Shown here: in pieces, positions 1-15,610 of the stretch
Position numbering within the stretch: the stretch's first letter is position 1
Layout of the letters: every line of letters begins with the position of its first letter
Source: Zygnema circumcarinatum SAG 698-1b
Lineage: Eukaryota > Plantae > Zygnematophyceae
Direction of reading: 5' to 3'
Length of the DNA: 64,000 nt
Assembly: GCA_037447605.1 (NCBI GenBank)
Contig: CM074809.1
Span: forward strand, 3,710,689 to 3,774,688
The notes under the pieces: generated by a model
The model's input: the letters and a program-made list of their open reading frames with translations, nothing else
What the model was told of the DNA's origin: nothing
Databases searched by the model: none
Position numbers and translations under genes: made by a program

Positions 1-730
<730 letters not shown>

Positions 731-1353
731 AGAGAAGAGCACGAACAGGAGAGGCAGGAGAGAGGAGCATCTATCTACGTGCGAGCACACACACACACAT
801 CGTGGATGTGAGCTGAAATGTGAACTCTGTATAGAAGAACGTTCTATGTTCAGGTTCCGTACGCTCGAGGATGTTATTTCACTAGCATTAGTAAGTCCGG
901 GTAGAAGGTAGAAAGTAGATAAGGGTATATATGTACAGGCCGCATTCTCCTCACATGCAGTAAGTGGCTGTGTGTGGAGGAAGAAGCTCCTCCTTATGCT
1001 CTCCGCCACGTTCTAAAACGTGCTTCTAGGTTTAGGGTTTGCCTATCACCTCGGTAGGCGGCAGCCACTTTGAGGATTTGCCCACAATTGGAAATGCTCC
1101 AACGGAGTAAAGAAATAGCCAAGCATAGAGGCTGCTCGTCAACTTCAGCTCAGGAGATAAATAGGCATTTTGACAAAGGCGGACTAGTTAGATTAGTCGT
1201 AGCTCTACTGTTAGGATGTGCACAGAGCTGTACAGTAACAGCGCAGGGTCAAGTAAAAGGATTTTCCCCCCTACTTCGCATATCCGCCTCGTCAGCGATG
1301 TTCCTTTGTTTGTCCCTCACCGCTTATAAACGAATTGCAGTGCGTCCTCCTTC

Positions 1354-1389
<36 letters not shown>

Positions 1390-3754
1390 CGCTGCGGGGG
1401 ATGGCTTTTCACAAACTGCTCTGCTCTTACTGCTGTCGCCTGCGTCCCTCTCAGCCCGCTGCACGTCTGCAAGGTGCAGTGCTGAAAACAACAACGGAAA
1501 ACTTGCAAAGTTGCACGAACTATTGTTCGCAAGCAGCCCTAGCGCGGACTGTGTGCATGGCCAAAACATGGAGGAAACGGAGGGGAGGGAGACAAGGCGG
1601 TGTCACAGACCATGCCATTGTGCATTGGTAGGTCGTACACATAGTACTCATACAACACGTGTTGGTGTTCAACAACCCATTGTTGGTGTTGTTGTTGTTG
1701 TTCTCATCACATTCCCATTCATGGCTCCCAACTCGGTCACGAGCTTCCTTCCATGTTGGCGTTGGCGCGCCCCATTGTGAAGTTCATGGTGCATCATTGT
1801 CTTGCGAAGGGGGGGGCCCTCCTGTCACGGTCGCGTCCATGTGCGCAGTTTGTCGTTGCGCAGATCACAACTCCGTTCACGCATGGAACGTCCCGACGGA
1901 CCGATGTTCCATGGTCGAACAGTTTGTGACCAGTGACAAAAATAAACTGGTTTCCTATGAGTAATGTTTACTGACGTGGCAGTCCCCGATTGGCAGTTCG
2001 CATCCAGTCGAGTTTCGTGAAAAAAGACCAAAAAATTCCAAAACCAAAAGATTCCTAGCGTCAATTCCGGTGCCACGTGGCGCAATAATGGGACAGCCGT
2101 ACGGCTCGCTCGCGCGCGCCGAAGGTGCTTTCTTAATTTTCATTTTTTCATTTTTTCAATTTTCTGCAAACTGGCCGCAAACCAGAGGGCGAGTTTCCCA
2201 TCCTTCAAAACCAAGTTTTGCAATGGCCGACGTCAGCCGTCCACACGTCCGAGTCGGCTGGACTGCGGATAAAGCCCGAGGATTGCCGCAATTTCCCGCG
2301 AATAGGAGAACGCCACGTGGCTTTCATGGCGCTTTTGACAAACAAGAAGAATAAAAGCGCGTACTATGTGAAATGTTGAACGACGTGTCGGTGGCTGATT
2401 GGTAGTGAGTATTCTATTTTTTCACCCCATTTTTCTTTTCGGGTATGAAGATGACGTCAACCCCCTGCCTCTAAAACTAGTTGGAGACGACGTCATCAAA
2501 AAATCAATCAACGTCAGCAGAAGTTGGCCCTTTCCCCGCAAATCCCGCTGCCAATCAGAGTGTCGGCCCCCCCCCCATTATTCCACGCAGCGCGCAACAG
2601 CGCCCCATAGAAACGCCCGTCCAAACCGTACTGATTTCCAGCGCCCCAAGCCCTCGGACCCAATCACCGCGTGCCACGTTCGCTTCCCACTGACGCGCGC
2701 GCGCGCGCGCGGGGGAGAATTTTCGCCACGCTGGCATACGGACATCCATACGGACAGTACGGAAGCATCCGTGGCACCGCTCGCTGCGTGCGGCTCGCCT
2801 TCGCACGTGCGCCGCGCAACGTGGCGTAAAGGGGGGGGAGGGAGGGGGGAGGGAAGAGGTCGTGGGAGGCGTCTCCCGCTGTCTCTCTCGCTCTCTATCT
2901 CTCTCGCACCCCTCTGTCTGTCGGTGTGTCTCTCTCTCACTCACTCTCTAGGGGTCTCTCGCTCTCTCCCGTGCTCTTCCCACATCCAGCCCTACTGTTG
3001 CCCGCGGGAGCTTGCTTTGTTGGGAGAAGGAGAAGGGGAGAGAGAGTGTGGGGTACGACGAGCACATTACGGAGAGGAGAAAGGAGTTGGGCTACAGAAA
3101 TTACGTGGGGTATTGAAGTGGGTTGTTTTTTAATCGATTAATATTCGTGCGTAGGGTAGCTTCTTAAAGCTATTAAGCAGACGAGCGAGAGGAGCTGTTA
3201 CAGGGCAACAGAGGGAAAAGGGAACGAGGGTGATCTTAGAGAGGGAGAGAGAGAAAGCTAGATACAGATTTTTAGGGAGGTGTAGTTCCGTGAGAGAGGA
3301 GGCGCTGCGCTGGTGAGGAGAAGAGAAGAGGAGACCGCCATGGCCCCTCAGAATGACGCAGGCTATTTGGAAGAAGGTGAAATTTCCCTCTCTCTATGCA
3401 TAGGCTGTGTGAGAGCAATGGAGTTGGTATGCAGACTGATGACTTGTTAATGTGAGGGAGAGTTCGAGTATGGCCTGTCAGTCTTTTTCGTAAATCATGA
3501 AAGAAGCTTACATTCTGCATAATTTAGTATGTCACAATAATTTAGTATGTATCTAATTCGTATGCCATCGAGAGAGCTCCGCAGATTTTTACCCCCCATC
3601 CCTCTCCTCCTTCCCTCCATCAATTTCCCGCCCTCTAACCACGTCTCTTTCTTCCTAGAAACCTCCATTTACAGCTGTACTCCACGGACATTGACTAGAG
3701 CCCTCACCTTATATGATTTTTTTTTTAAATTTTGCAGGGTGCGACTTGGCTACC

Positions 3755-6700
3755 ATGGAGAATGCGGGAAAGGTCGAAAAATCCATTGTCAGACTGCCTA
3801 CTACAACGCCTCTCCCAATGGCTGCCCTTTCTGCCATTGGACTGGCTCTCTTCACCAACTCGTTAATTATTACAGTGCTGTTCCCGTTTTCGCCTCTTGT
3901 CGTTACAACATTTGGTGTCACGGATAGCGAAACGTCCGTTGGGTATGTCAAATACTTCCATACAACTCATTATTAAGGCTTGATCGTTTATTTCTTTCTT
4001 CACTCCCAATGCGGGTGCTATCACCCTGCAGTTGGGATGAAATTACAACGGTCTTTTCCTTTCGGATAAAGGAATGCTTAACGCTTTATGTTGCTGCGTG
4101 AAGTTTTGTCAACTCCGATTAATCATCATGTGGGTAGCTACGCTGTTGAATCTCAATCCCTCCCATATCTTTCTTGTTGCAGATACTATGCCGGCATGCT
4201 TGCCTCGTGCTTCTTTATCGGCAGTCTCCTCTCAGGGCCTGTGTGGGGGTACGATTCCGATCCCATTCCTTCTCAATCCTTCTCAACCTGCTTCCAACAT
4301 AGACTCCCTTCCTTCCAAAAGCATGCATGTTACATGCTGCTTGGCCCCATTCAATAACAAGCAACTCAATCGAGCCCGAAGCTGACAGACTTCGCGTTTT
4401 ATTTGCATGCATGTGCATGTATGCAGGCACATCTCCGACATCATCGGGCGTAAGACGGTGATGTTGATCGGGCTGACCGGCAACATGGTCTTTTCGCTGC
4501 TCTTCGGATTCAGCAGCTCCTTCCCAATGGCGGTCGCCTGCCGCTTCATTCTCGGCCTCGTCTGCACGGTCCTTGTGGTCGCAAAGACGTAGGGTTCAAT
4601 CCTTTGAAACTACTTAAAGAAAAATGATGAAAAGATTCTCTTAAATTCTCTAGATATATATATATATATATATATATATAGTTCAGTTCAGTTTTCCCAG
4701 GTCTTAAATTTTTCTTTGCTTACTGTGTCCTTTTGATTGCGATTGCTAAACATTTTTCTAAGTCTTGTTCGATGTATCGGGATGCAGTTCGATTACGGAG
4801 ATCTGTGACGACACCAATGTTGCGCAAGGGTAAGGGATGGAAAGCCATTTTATTTAAGTACTTGTTGCTTTCTTCAGTGAACCAGGACTCTAACCTCAAG
4901 GTTGTTCTTAGGGACACCCTCACACCATTCCTGCTTTCTGTAACACACTAGAACAGAACCCCGCAAGATGGTGTTGATTTTGACGGTATTTTTCATTTCC
5001 TTTGTCTGCAGGTTTGCCGTTTACGGTCTCTGCTGGGGACTTGGACTCATCACTGGTATGTCCTGTTCCTTCCACTTCACTCACTTCTCTCTCTCACTCT
5101 CTCTCTTCTCAAACTCAAACCCAGAAGCCCATTCTCTATCGCTTCCCACCCCTCCCTCTCACTCCCACTCTCTCCCTTTGCAGGCCCTTTGGTCGGCGGA
5201 TTCCTTGTCACTCCCGCCATCCAATACCCGACTGTGTTCAGTGAAGACGGGATTTTTGGAGTCTATCCCTTCCTCCTCCCCAACTTGGTCCTTTCCTGCA
5301 TGACGGTAGTGGGCTTCACTCTCTGCGTTTTGTACCTCAAAGAGACTCTCGGAAAGGTGAAGGCGGGAGTGGCGAAGGAGCCTTCAGCAGAGGGAGGGAA
5401 GGGAGGGAAGGGAGGGTCGACCGACCTTGCTGAGCTGGGAGGGGTTGAGGAAGCCGATCCCGGAATGTTTATGGCTTTCTTCGGAAACCGTGAAACTCGT
5501 AAGTTTTTGGTTTTCGATCTTCAGTTTTCGGGCTTTGGGTTTCTGGGTTTTGGGTTTGTTCAATTGGAAAGTCTTTTGAGTTCGTGGAGTTTCTCAAAAA
5601 ATCGAAGGGGGTGGAAGGAGCAGAGGACGAGGGGTTGTGGCCTTTCAGCATGCAACTTTTTCATGAGAAACTGAAGCTAGTTTATAGTGATGGTTTTCTT
5701 AGGAGAAACAGAAACTAAAACCTGGGTGTTTAGCGAATGAATCTAACAGATATTTTGGTTGTCATGCGCAGTCGTGACCCTGTCTATTCTCTGCCTCGCC
5801 GGCTTTATGTTCACTGGTTTTGAGGAGGTAAGAAGAGTTCCCCACTTTCTTCCACGCTTCGTCTGTTTCCATTTCTTACAGTTCCCTCTCCCCTCAGTTC
5901 CTCCTTCTCTCTCCCTCTCCCTCCTCCCTCCTTTGGCGAGTACCTCACCTTCGCTTTCACTCTTTACTTTCTCTCACTCTCAACCTTCTTTCGGAATGCA
6001 GCTCTTCCCTCTGTGGGCTCTCACTGAGTGGGATTTGGGAGGACTCGACTTCACATCTGCCAATGTGGGTTTGTCCCAAGGAGCATCGGGTCTTACTCTG
6101 GTGAGTTTCAAAATATATATCTATATGTGCACATATATACATATATAAGTATCTTCTCCGCTACTCACCTTCAATCAATCTGACTTTTCAAGCTGGGTGA
6201 AAGGTTTACACTGACTGTTACTTTTTGAAGCTCTCGTTGCTTGACTTCTCTTTGGAAACCAGAATGCCCCTTTTCATTTAATTGAATTTCATCTGTTACC
6301 AAAACCCTTTTTGAACTGCCTTTCTTTCTTGTCCAGATCCCTGTGACCCTGTTCCTCTACCCATGGCTCATCGGCAAGCTCGGAGCGGTGGGGGCCCTGC
6401 AACTCTCCCTCTTCACGGGCGTGTTCCAAGCCGCCATTCCCCTCGTCCGCCTCTTTGGAAACCATCGCGTCACTCTCCAGATCGCTTGCATCGTCATCTT
6501 TGCGATCAGAAGGTCCGTCTCTCGCCTCTACTCCCTCTCTCTATCTCTGCCACCCGTTCTCCCTCCCCCCTCATCACGTCCCGCAACTCTCCCTTACCCT
6601 CACAGCATCTCCCTCCCTCCCTCCCTCTCACACCCTCTCCCTCTCTCCCTCCCTCTCTCTCGCCCTCCCTCCCTCTCTCTCGCCCTCCCTCCCTCTCCCT

Positions 6701-7279
6701 CCCTCCCTCCCTCTCTCCCTCCCTCCCTCCCTCTCACACCCTCTCCCTCACTCACTCCCTCCCTCCCTCCCTCTCCCTCCCTCCCTCTCACACCCTCTCC
6801 CTTCCTCACTCCCCCTCCCTCCCTCCCCTCCCTCCCTCNNNNNNNNNNACCCTCTCCCTCGTCCCTCCCTCCCTCCCTCCCTCTCCCTCCCTCCCTCCCT
6901 CTCCCTCTCTCTCACACCCTCTCCCTCCCCTCACTCTCTCTCTCCCTCCCTCCCTCCCCTCCCTCCCCGCAGCTTCAACGAGACGGGCATGGCCGCCATG
7001 TTCATCCTGTACAACAACAGCATCCGGCACCCCAAGTACCTCGGCGTGCTCAACGGCGTGCAGACGACCGGCCTCTCCCTCTTCCAGGCCTGCGCGCCCT
7101 TCGGGGTCGGCAGCCTCTTCGCGTGGTCCCTCGGGGGGGGCGCGTGGTTTCCCCTCGACTACCACCTCGCGTGGCTGCTGCTCGGGGGGCTGCACCTGGT
7201 CGCCCTCGCGATGACCTTCAACCTGCCGCCCGACATCAACAACCGCAAGTTTCAGGCGGCGGAGGGGCCAGCGCACTGA
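3755..7279 (+). CDS. ZIF-like MFS transporter (ZIFL/TOM1 family), about 10 coding exons (approx. 3755-3943, 4182-4247, 4427-4588, 4788-4829, 5012-5056, 5184-5498, 5772-5827, 6002-6100, 6337-6511, 6973-7279)
   Basis: The spliced product contains LFPFSP...GYYAGMLAS...PVWGHISDIIGRK (MFS motif A)...RFILGL...VAKTSITEICDD...WGLGLITGPLVGGFL...YPFLLPNL...LFPLWA...GGLDFTSANVG...LGVLNG, which are all typical ZIFL motifs. Introns are GT-AG. Confidence 0.92.
6600..6970. repeat. (CCCT)n/CT-rich low-complexity intron tract with a 10-N gap
   Basis: Direct inspection. Confidence 0.9.
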
Positions 7280-8589
7280 CGCGTGGCAGTTGTAGCGAGT
7301 GAGAAGGGGACACGTGGCGAGTGAGGAGAGGAGAGGAGAGGAGAGGGGAGAGGAGGGGAGGGGAGGGGACAGAGGGATGGCTGCAATCATTAAAGTACAT
7401 AAGAAGGCTGTCTGTCGGCACTGCTCTCTGACTTGCTTGATTTTTTACTCTGTTGCTCTCACCACTTTTAGATGTATAAATGAGGTTCGGGATGTTGTTG
7501 TAGCAATAGCTGTAGCGTGTATGAGAAATGTAGAGGAGTTTACTGTAACACGGCTGTGTTAGCAGCACAATGCCGCAGCATTATGAAGTAAGGCGTACAA
7601 GTGGGTTACTACAGTCAGTAAGTAGCCGTAGGAGGAGGATGGGCTCTTGGAATGTGGATGTTAGCAAGCAGCAGCTTACTGGCTAGAGGGTTGTGCCACG
7701 ACGTGGATCTTGGATCCACTCGTGAGTTGAACTGGCCGGCTGTCAGTTCAAGGCAGCTCGAGTTCAAGTGCAGACGTCGGCCCCGAGGGAGCAGCGAGTG
7801 AGGCCCTCCCTACCTCCCTCCGTCCCTCCTGTGTAGCAAGCCGTCAGCCAGGGTCGATAGCATCATTTTTGTGAGAGAATGTAGGGGAAGAGAAAGATGT
7901 AGCGCAGGGAGAAGATGGTGGTCAAAGATTGGGGCACGTTCGTTGATCGTTGGACATAATTTGAGTTTGAAATGTATATCAACTCGCTTCATTCTATCCC
8001 CTTGTGTACATCCCCTTTTGACAACGATTGCATGCCGTACCCTTTCTTCGGTTTCTCATCTCTTCTGGGCGCAATTGCATTCTTCGTGATGTTACTAAGC
8101 ACAACCTGCAGGTGCCCATTGTTTGGAATAGAATAAGGCTTGCTTTCAGTTGTGTATTCGATCTAGCAGCCTCGCCTGCATCCTTTTCCCTTCACCAGAA
8201 TACGAAGATTCACCAAAGCTTGGCTCACACTGGCGGACTTTGAAAAACGAGCGCGGGTCTCTCTCTGTCTGATAGCCTTCACTGAGCGCATACAACTTCT
8301 GCGTTTTGGGGTTGAAGGGCTTTCTTTGGGACTTATAGTTTCCCTCGCAACTTTACACTCATGGAGAAGGGTTGAGAGATGGGGGGGGGAGAGAGGCGAG
8401 GGAGCAACCAGCCGTAGGTTGCAAGGCCCGGACACCCACTCGGTCGGCAACTATTGGTCCAACCATTGGTCAGCGCTTGGACCAATGGTTGTTACCCACT
8501 GAATCCAACCGTTGTCGGCTTTTGGCAATGATTGATCTCACGATGGCGGTGTGAGGAAAATTTCATTGAACTCAAGAAAATGTACGGAT

Positions 8590-9060
8590 TCCCATGTGCC
8601 ATGCATGCCATGGCATGATATGTCAGCCGCCGGCCGGGCGCCGCCGGCCGTCGCCGTCAACGGCGTTGATCGACAGTGACGCGCTTTGCGTGTCCTGTTA
8701 CGTCAGTGCGGCCTCTCTGTCCAATGCTGACGCGCCGCGCTGCCGCGCTAGACACGTGGCGCCGATGGAGCCTGCCGGAATTGCTGCCCCGTGCCACGTG
8801 TCCAACGCGCAGCCCTCCTGCAATGATGCCCCAGTCGGCCTCTGCGCATCGCGCCAAAAGTGACCGGTACGGCGGTTGCTGCATGGAACGCCATGCACAT
8901 CCAGTTGCGTAAAGCATGTCCGACGCTTGCCGGCCGGCAGTGACCGGTTTGTCGGCCGCGCCGGCCGTCCACATCGCGAAAAGCGCCCGCCGGCAGCCCG
9001 CTGCTCCACCAGCCCGCCGTTGCCGGCCGGCAGGCGGCCGTCAGAACTCGACGGTATAAA
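8590..9060 (+). promoter_or_regulatory. Putative promoter of the esterase gene: RY-like CATGCATG (about 8600), an inverted ABRE/G-box pair (GACACGTGGC 8751, GCCACGTGTC 8793) and TATAAA at 9055-9060
   Basis: Motifs are seen directly and TATA lies about 85 bp upstream of the ATG at 9144; function is inferred. Confidence 0.5.
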
Positions 9061-9143
9061 GCCGCCGCCGCAGCGCCACCAATCTCCGCCGCCACCTCCC
9101 TCCTCGCCCCTCGAGCGCCTCCTCTGCTTCAGCGCTCCCCGCC

Positions 9144-10710
<1,567 letters not shown>

Positions 10711-12159
10711 GACGAGTTAACCCGGCTATTGTGTGCGTTTGTAGGGGCTTTGTAGGACACATGTAGGACTCCCTCCAGTTGACGGTCTCTCGGTTTTAAT
10801 GTTTTAAACTGTATGTATACAACGCAAACATTGATTTTTAGTGACAGCGATTTGTGTGTCTACGTTTTTAGTTGGGACCTGTTGAGCAGAAGTTGACGCA
10901 GAGAGCAGCACGGCTAATGTTGCAGTTTGAATACAGTTGTGAAGTAGAACTTGGCGGGCGTTGCCCGTCGTGCATAGCGAGTTTTTTGTGAATAGGAAGC
11001 AGCGGGTTGGACGAGAGAATGTGTATTGCTTTGAGTACAAAAGGAAAAGATTTTCTTCCTGAAAAAAGATGGGACCATGTTTATGTGATTGCGATGGATG
11101 GTTCTAGCACTCCTTCAGTCTCGCCTAATGGCTTGTCGTGTCACGAATAATCTTACACCCCTTTATGGAGTACTATTGAGGAGACCATCCATCCCCTCTG
11201 CACTTGTCTATCTCATATTCATACCGCTATCGCAGGTACCTTTATCGAGCTCATGTAGCCTCACTTGTCACGTAACGTTTCACTGTCGTATGTTTCAGTG
11301 GAGGAACTTCGTCACTACTCAATGTCACCATAGAATTGTGTTTCGGGCACAGAGCCAAGTGCTCACCAGAAACTGCGGCCACGTTGCTTTTCAAGTTCTG
11401 CCAGTTTCGATGAAGATTTTGTGGTTATTGAAGAATTTTTCAGTTTTGCGAATGAAGCGATTGTAATCTGACGAAGGAATCAACGCGCGTGGGAATGCGG
11501 CAGGTCGATGGAATGGAATGCAGAACTGCTTATTTTGGGAATATGCATAGACAATTTGAACTAATTAAAGTTACAGCTTTGCTGTCTGCTGGTCTATTTA
11601 GAGTAACCATAAATTCGTATACGACGTACAATTCCTATTCGTAGAAAACCGTGAACTTATGTAGGCTAGGGGTCGGTTTCTTTATGGTCTAGCCACTCCA
11701 AGAGGATACCATGAAGGTTGGGAATAGGGTTTTTTGATTGTAGGGATCCAGTAGCTATAAACAGGAAACACAATTGAACGCTGGGAGCTATAAACTTGAC
11801 ACTAGATTTATTTTCTCAACAAAAATGTCCGGAAACTGCGGGGAAAGTACTCTGCATTTGGACAAAGTTCACGCGTCTCTATTTTGGAAGGAACATACTT
11901 TCCATAAGCTTTTAATAATGGGGTTTCCAACAGCTATCCGGAGGAATTTCTCATTGTCACAACAGACTACGTCACATCCCCTTGGAACAAAGCTTAATAG
12001 CAAGCTCCAAGGTACTTCTCTTTCAGCCTACATCTCTCTGCATTCCGCTGCCTCTATCTATCTATCTATCTATCTCCCTCCCTCTCTCTCTCTCTCTCGC
12101 TGTCTATCTCTTCCCCCCTCCCGCCCCTACCTCCCACCCCCTCCCTCCTCCCCCCTTCC

Positions 12160-14230
12160 TCAATCCGGACCTAAGCTTGACCAGCGAAGCCACACAATGA
12201 GCATAATTGCGACAGCTACTGACGACACAATGCAGAGAATCTCTACGGGAAGTAGAAAGGTCGTAAGGAGACCCGCTAAGAGGGGCCCCAAAAGGAGCCC
12301 CAGAGAGAAGGATGAACTAAAGTGGGCTCGGGCTGTCGCGAAGTCGCCTTCCAAAATGTCGACCATGAGAGGGAAGGAGGGGGTAATTACAAGAGCTGAA
12401 CCTCCTCCAAAAGCAGTCAGCAGAAGGGCTTGGGCTAAGGAGGAGCAGAAGGGCCCCTGCATGGAGACAAGCGGGAGGGCGGAAGCGACTAACACCAATC
12501 CTACAAGCATACTCGTTAGGGATCCTATACACTCTATAGCGGAGTCTACATAAAGGCCAGTAATGAAGTACGCCAGTTGGCAGACTGCAAAGACCGCTCC
12601 TGTCTGGACGTACGAAAAACTGCAAACTGAGGCCAAGTGGAAGGGCAAAATCGCCTCCACCATTGCGAAGGCCATGGCTTCAATAGTCAAAATGGCCATC
12701 ACTGTCGGCATTTTGCTGTTCATCCATGTTTTCCACAACATGGAACTTCCGATGCGCTTTTTTCCATGTGAAACGTCATCTTCAGCCGACCCACAGCTCC
12801 CTCTCTCCTTCTCTCCCGCACGCACTTCTCTCTTTCCCTCCGCCTCCCCAACCTCTAACTTCACTTCTCGTTTCGTTTCTCCCTCCCCTCCGCCCATTTG
12901 TTCCAAAGTATGCACGGGGCCCTGCCCCCCTTGAAACCTCAAAGCTCCTTCTAGTTGCCTCTCCAATCCCACCTCCCGGATTTGCTCACTTATGTCGTCC
13001 TGATTGACCGATACATTTCCCTCCCTCCCTCTCCCTTGCAATCTGTCTCCTCTGCTCTCAGCTCCTCCCGCGCTTTGGCCTTTTTCCACACACTCTCTCC
13101 TCCTCTTCTTCCATACATTAACAACAAGGCTCAACAGCATCACTCCCGCTGCGAAGCTCCCAACGACGGTCCATGGAAGCCACGGAGCAGCAAACTGAAA
13201 CAAAACAGCGCCTAAAAGTGGGCCTATTACCCCTCCCGCAGAGGAAGCCATATACAGCCGGTTAGTGACAAGCACCAATGCAGAAAGACTGTTCCCAGGT
13301 GACCCACTTCCTCCAACCATGTCCCCCTCTCCCCCTTCGCCTTCCCCTCCGTCCATTTCCTCCTCATCCTCGTCTCCCTCACTCTCCTCTCTCTCTTCTT
13401 CACTTTCTTCCGAGTCCGAAAACCCCTCCGCCCCCTCATCCAACGACGATACAGTCCCCTCCGACCTTCCCTCCTCCAGCCCTTCTCCCTCCCATCCTTT
13501 TGACTCCTTCGGAAAGCATCTGCTCTGCATCCTCGTAGCGAGCACAATGACATGCCCCGCTTGCAATGGCGATGGCGAATGCGCCGTCACTTCCAACGAA
13601 TTCGCTTCCTCCCCTTTGCAGGGCTCCCCCTGAAGGTCCCTCTTTGAAAATATTTTTGAGGCCAAAACGACCCCCCCCTTCCAAATGAACTCGTGCGAGA
13701 GGCCCTGCAGGAAGAAGGCTGCGGCGAGACTTGGCCAGTCATGGCGGAGGCCCAAGAGGGCGCAAACGCTGACTAGGCCAAAAAGGGCGGCGATGAGGAG
13801 CAGCCATTGGTTGAGGGAGCTGAGGGAGCAGGAGGGGGGGACAGCCATGGCTACAGAGGCGATGACTCGCAGGCTGAGAAGGAAAAATATGGACTGCTGA
13901 GAGAGGGAGAAGCGTGTGCTGAGGGCGGGGAGGAGAGGGGCGAGCATGCTGGCCAGCAGAACATCAACAAAGAGGGCGCCTGCACCCAAAACAAATGCAA
14001 GTAAGCATTGCACTTTAAGGCATAAGCCGCTTGGAAAATGTGGTAAGGAAAGCGCACCCGAAAGAGAAAATATGAGGGGAGAGAAAGAGAGACAATGGGA
14101 GTAAGGGCTGACCTGCCAGAACACAGAGGAGAATGATCCACCTCCCTCCCCCCTCCGAGAGAGGAGCAGCTGCGGCGCTACCCTCTTTGGAATCTGCTCG
14201 GGCTTCGGTGCCGCCATCTGGCTGCTGCAT
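12160..14230 (-). CDS. Divergent MFS transporter, SLC18/DHA1-like (paralog A); exons 14230-14113 and 13979-12160
   Basis: A phase-1 intron joins MQQPDGG...RWIILLCVLAG|ALFVDVLLASMLAPLLP. The protein has about 12 hydrophobic segments, FLQG...W in TM4, the GGVIGPLLGA motif C, and a long acidic loop after TM4. Confidence 0.85.
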
Positions 14231-15279
14231 CCTTTGGTGAGAGAGGAAGGAGGAAGGAGAGAGAGAGGAAGGAGGAGGAGGAGGAGGAGGTAGGGCCTCG
14301 AGGCGGAAACATTTAGCCCACTTCGCTCATGCCACCTGGCAGAGCAGCACCCGTGAACAGTGAGGGAGACAAGCTCCTCTTCTGGGCTGTGCCTGCACCA
14401 AGAGCGGAGGGAGGGAGGGAGGGAGGGGACATTTCAGATGTGCTCGAATTGTACCAGAGCTATTAACTTATTACTCCAGTTAAATTTTAAATGTTCCTCT
14501 AGTCATTTCCGTTATTAAAAAATTTACACCACCGAGAGTCAATCGCTGATCGAATCAAATAAATTTTTATTTCTCGGCAATGATTTTAGAGAAGTGTGGC
14601 CTAAGCAAGTGTCAAATATGGATGCAAATTGTGTACTGGCGATGTCCACCGACAGAGAGGGAGGGGGAGAGAGTGAGGTGAGAAACAGTGTAGAGAGAAA
14701 GGGGGAGAGAGAAGAAAGTGGCAGTCCTGCGTGGGGCTATTGCTGCATTTACTTATAAGGTAGATCTTAGTTTACTTCGCCGAAACCATTTCAGTCATCT
14801 TACCAATACGTAGATGTGCAATGCTTGTAAGAAAGTTTTAAATCGTTTTGAAAAAGGGCATCCACCACAGACTTTCTCTCCTCTGTTCTGCTTCACGAAA
14901 GTCTTAATGCGCCGCCTTTTGGCTAAATAACTTCGCTACGTTTGAGAGGAAACCTAACACCCCCACAACCCTCATCGGAAAATCGAACCCGCAGCCATAA
15001 TTCTGCTTCTTTCGCCATGGCTCCTGCCCCTCCTCCCACACGGAGCCCCTAGTTCCAGTACTTAACAGTAAGAGGAGAGAAAGGGAGAAGAGGGAGAAAG
15101 AGAGGGAGAGGGGGAGATGGGGGGAGAGCGAGGGAGAAGGGGGGACGAGAGTGCGAGTGAGAGAGAGAGAGGGAGTGAGAGAGTGCGAGAGCGAGCGAGG
15201 CCGAGAGAGGGAGCGGCCCAGCCCCGCCGCGTCGCTCCGCGAGCGGGGGGGGAGGCCGCCTCCCGGGCCCGAGCGCCGC

Positions 15280-15610
15280 CCGCACGTGCGAGCCGTTCCG
15301 GTCGAACCGGAAGGCAGAGCGACGCCGCTCTCGGACGAGAGCCAATCAGAGGCGGCGATGCTGACGTGGCACTGCCCCATTGGCTGGCGTAGGGGCGGGC
15401 TCCATAATTCAGGGATGTGGATCGAAAAGTAGTGGATCCACTTCGAGGGATTTTTGTTGATGACCTGGCGACGTCTCATTGGCGAAAATTGGAAAGGTGG
15501 TGGATACAGTCAGTGACGTGGCGTGGATCCCATCGATTGCGATTACAGACAATGGCAGATTTTGTCGGAGCCAATCGAGGGCGAAAGAGCGGGGGAGCTG
15601 CCACGTGGCG
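15280..15610. promoter_or_regulatory. CpG-rich promoter-like patch with CCAAT boxes and several G-box/ABRE motifs (TGACGTGGC, CCACGTGGC), upstream of MFS paralog A
   Basis: Motifs at about 15283, 15342, 15362, 15514, 15571 and 15601. Confidence 0.4.

Noticed and set aside
7900-8360. Possible small minus-strand gene remnants
   Set aside because: Only short open stretches with stops and no family motif; unsupported.
14015-14217. Uninterrupted 685-aa ORF start (MAAPKPEQ...) for MFS paralog A
   Set aside because: It reads through an intron. The ATG at 14230 in another frame splices at the same phase-1 position as the two paralogs and restores TM1.
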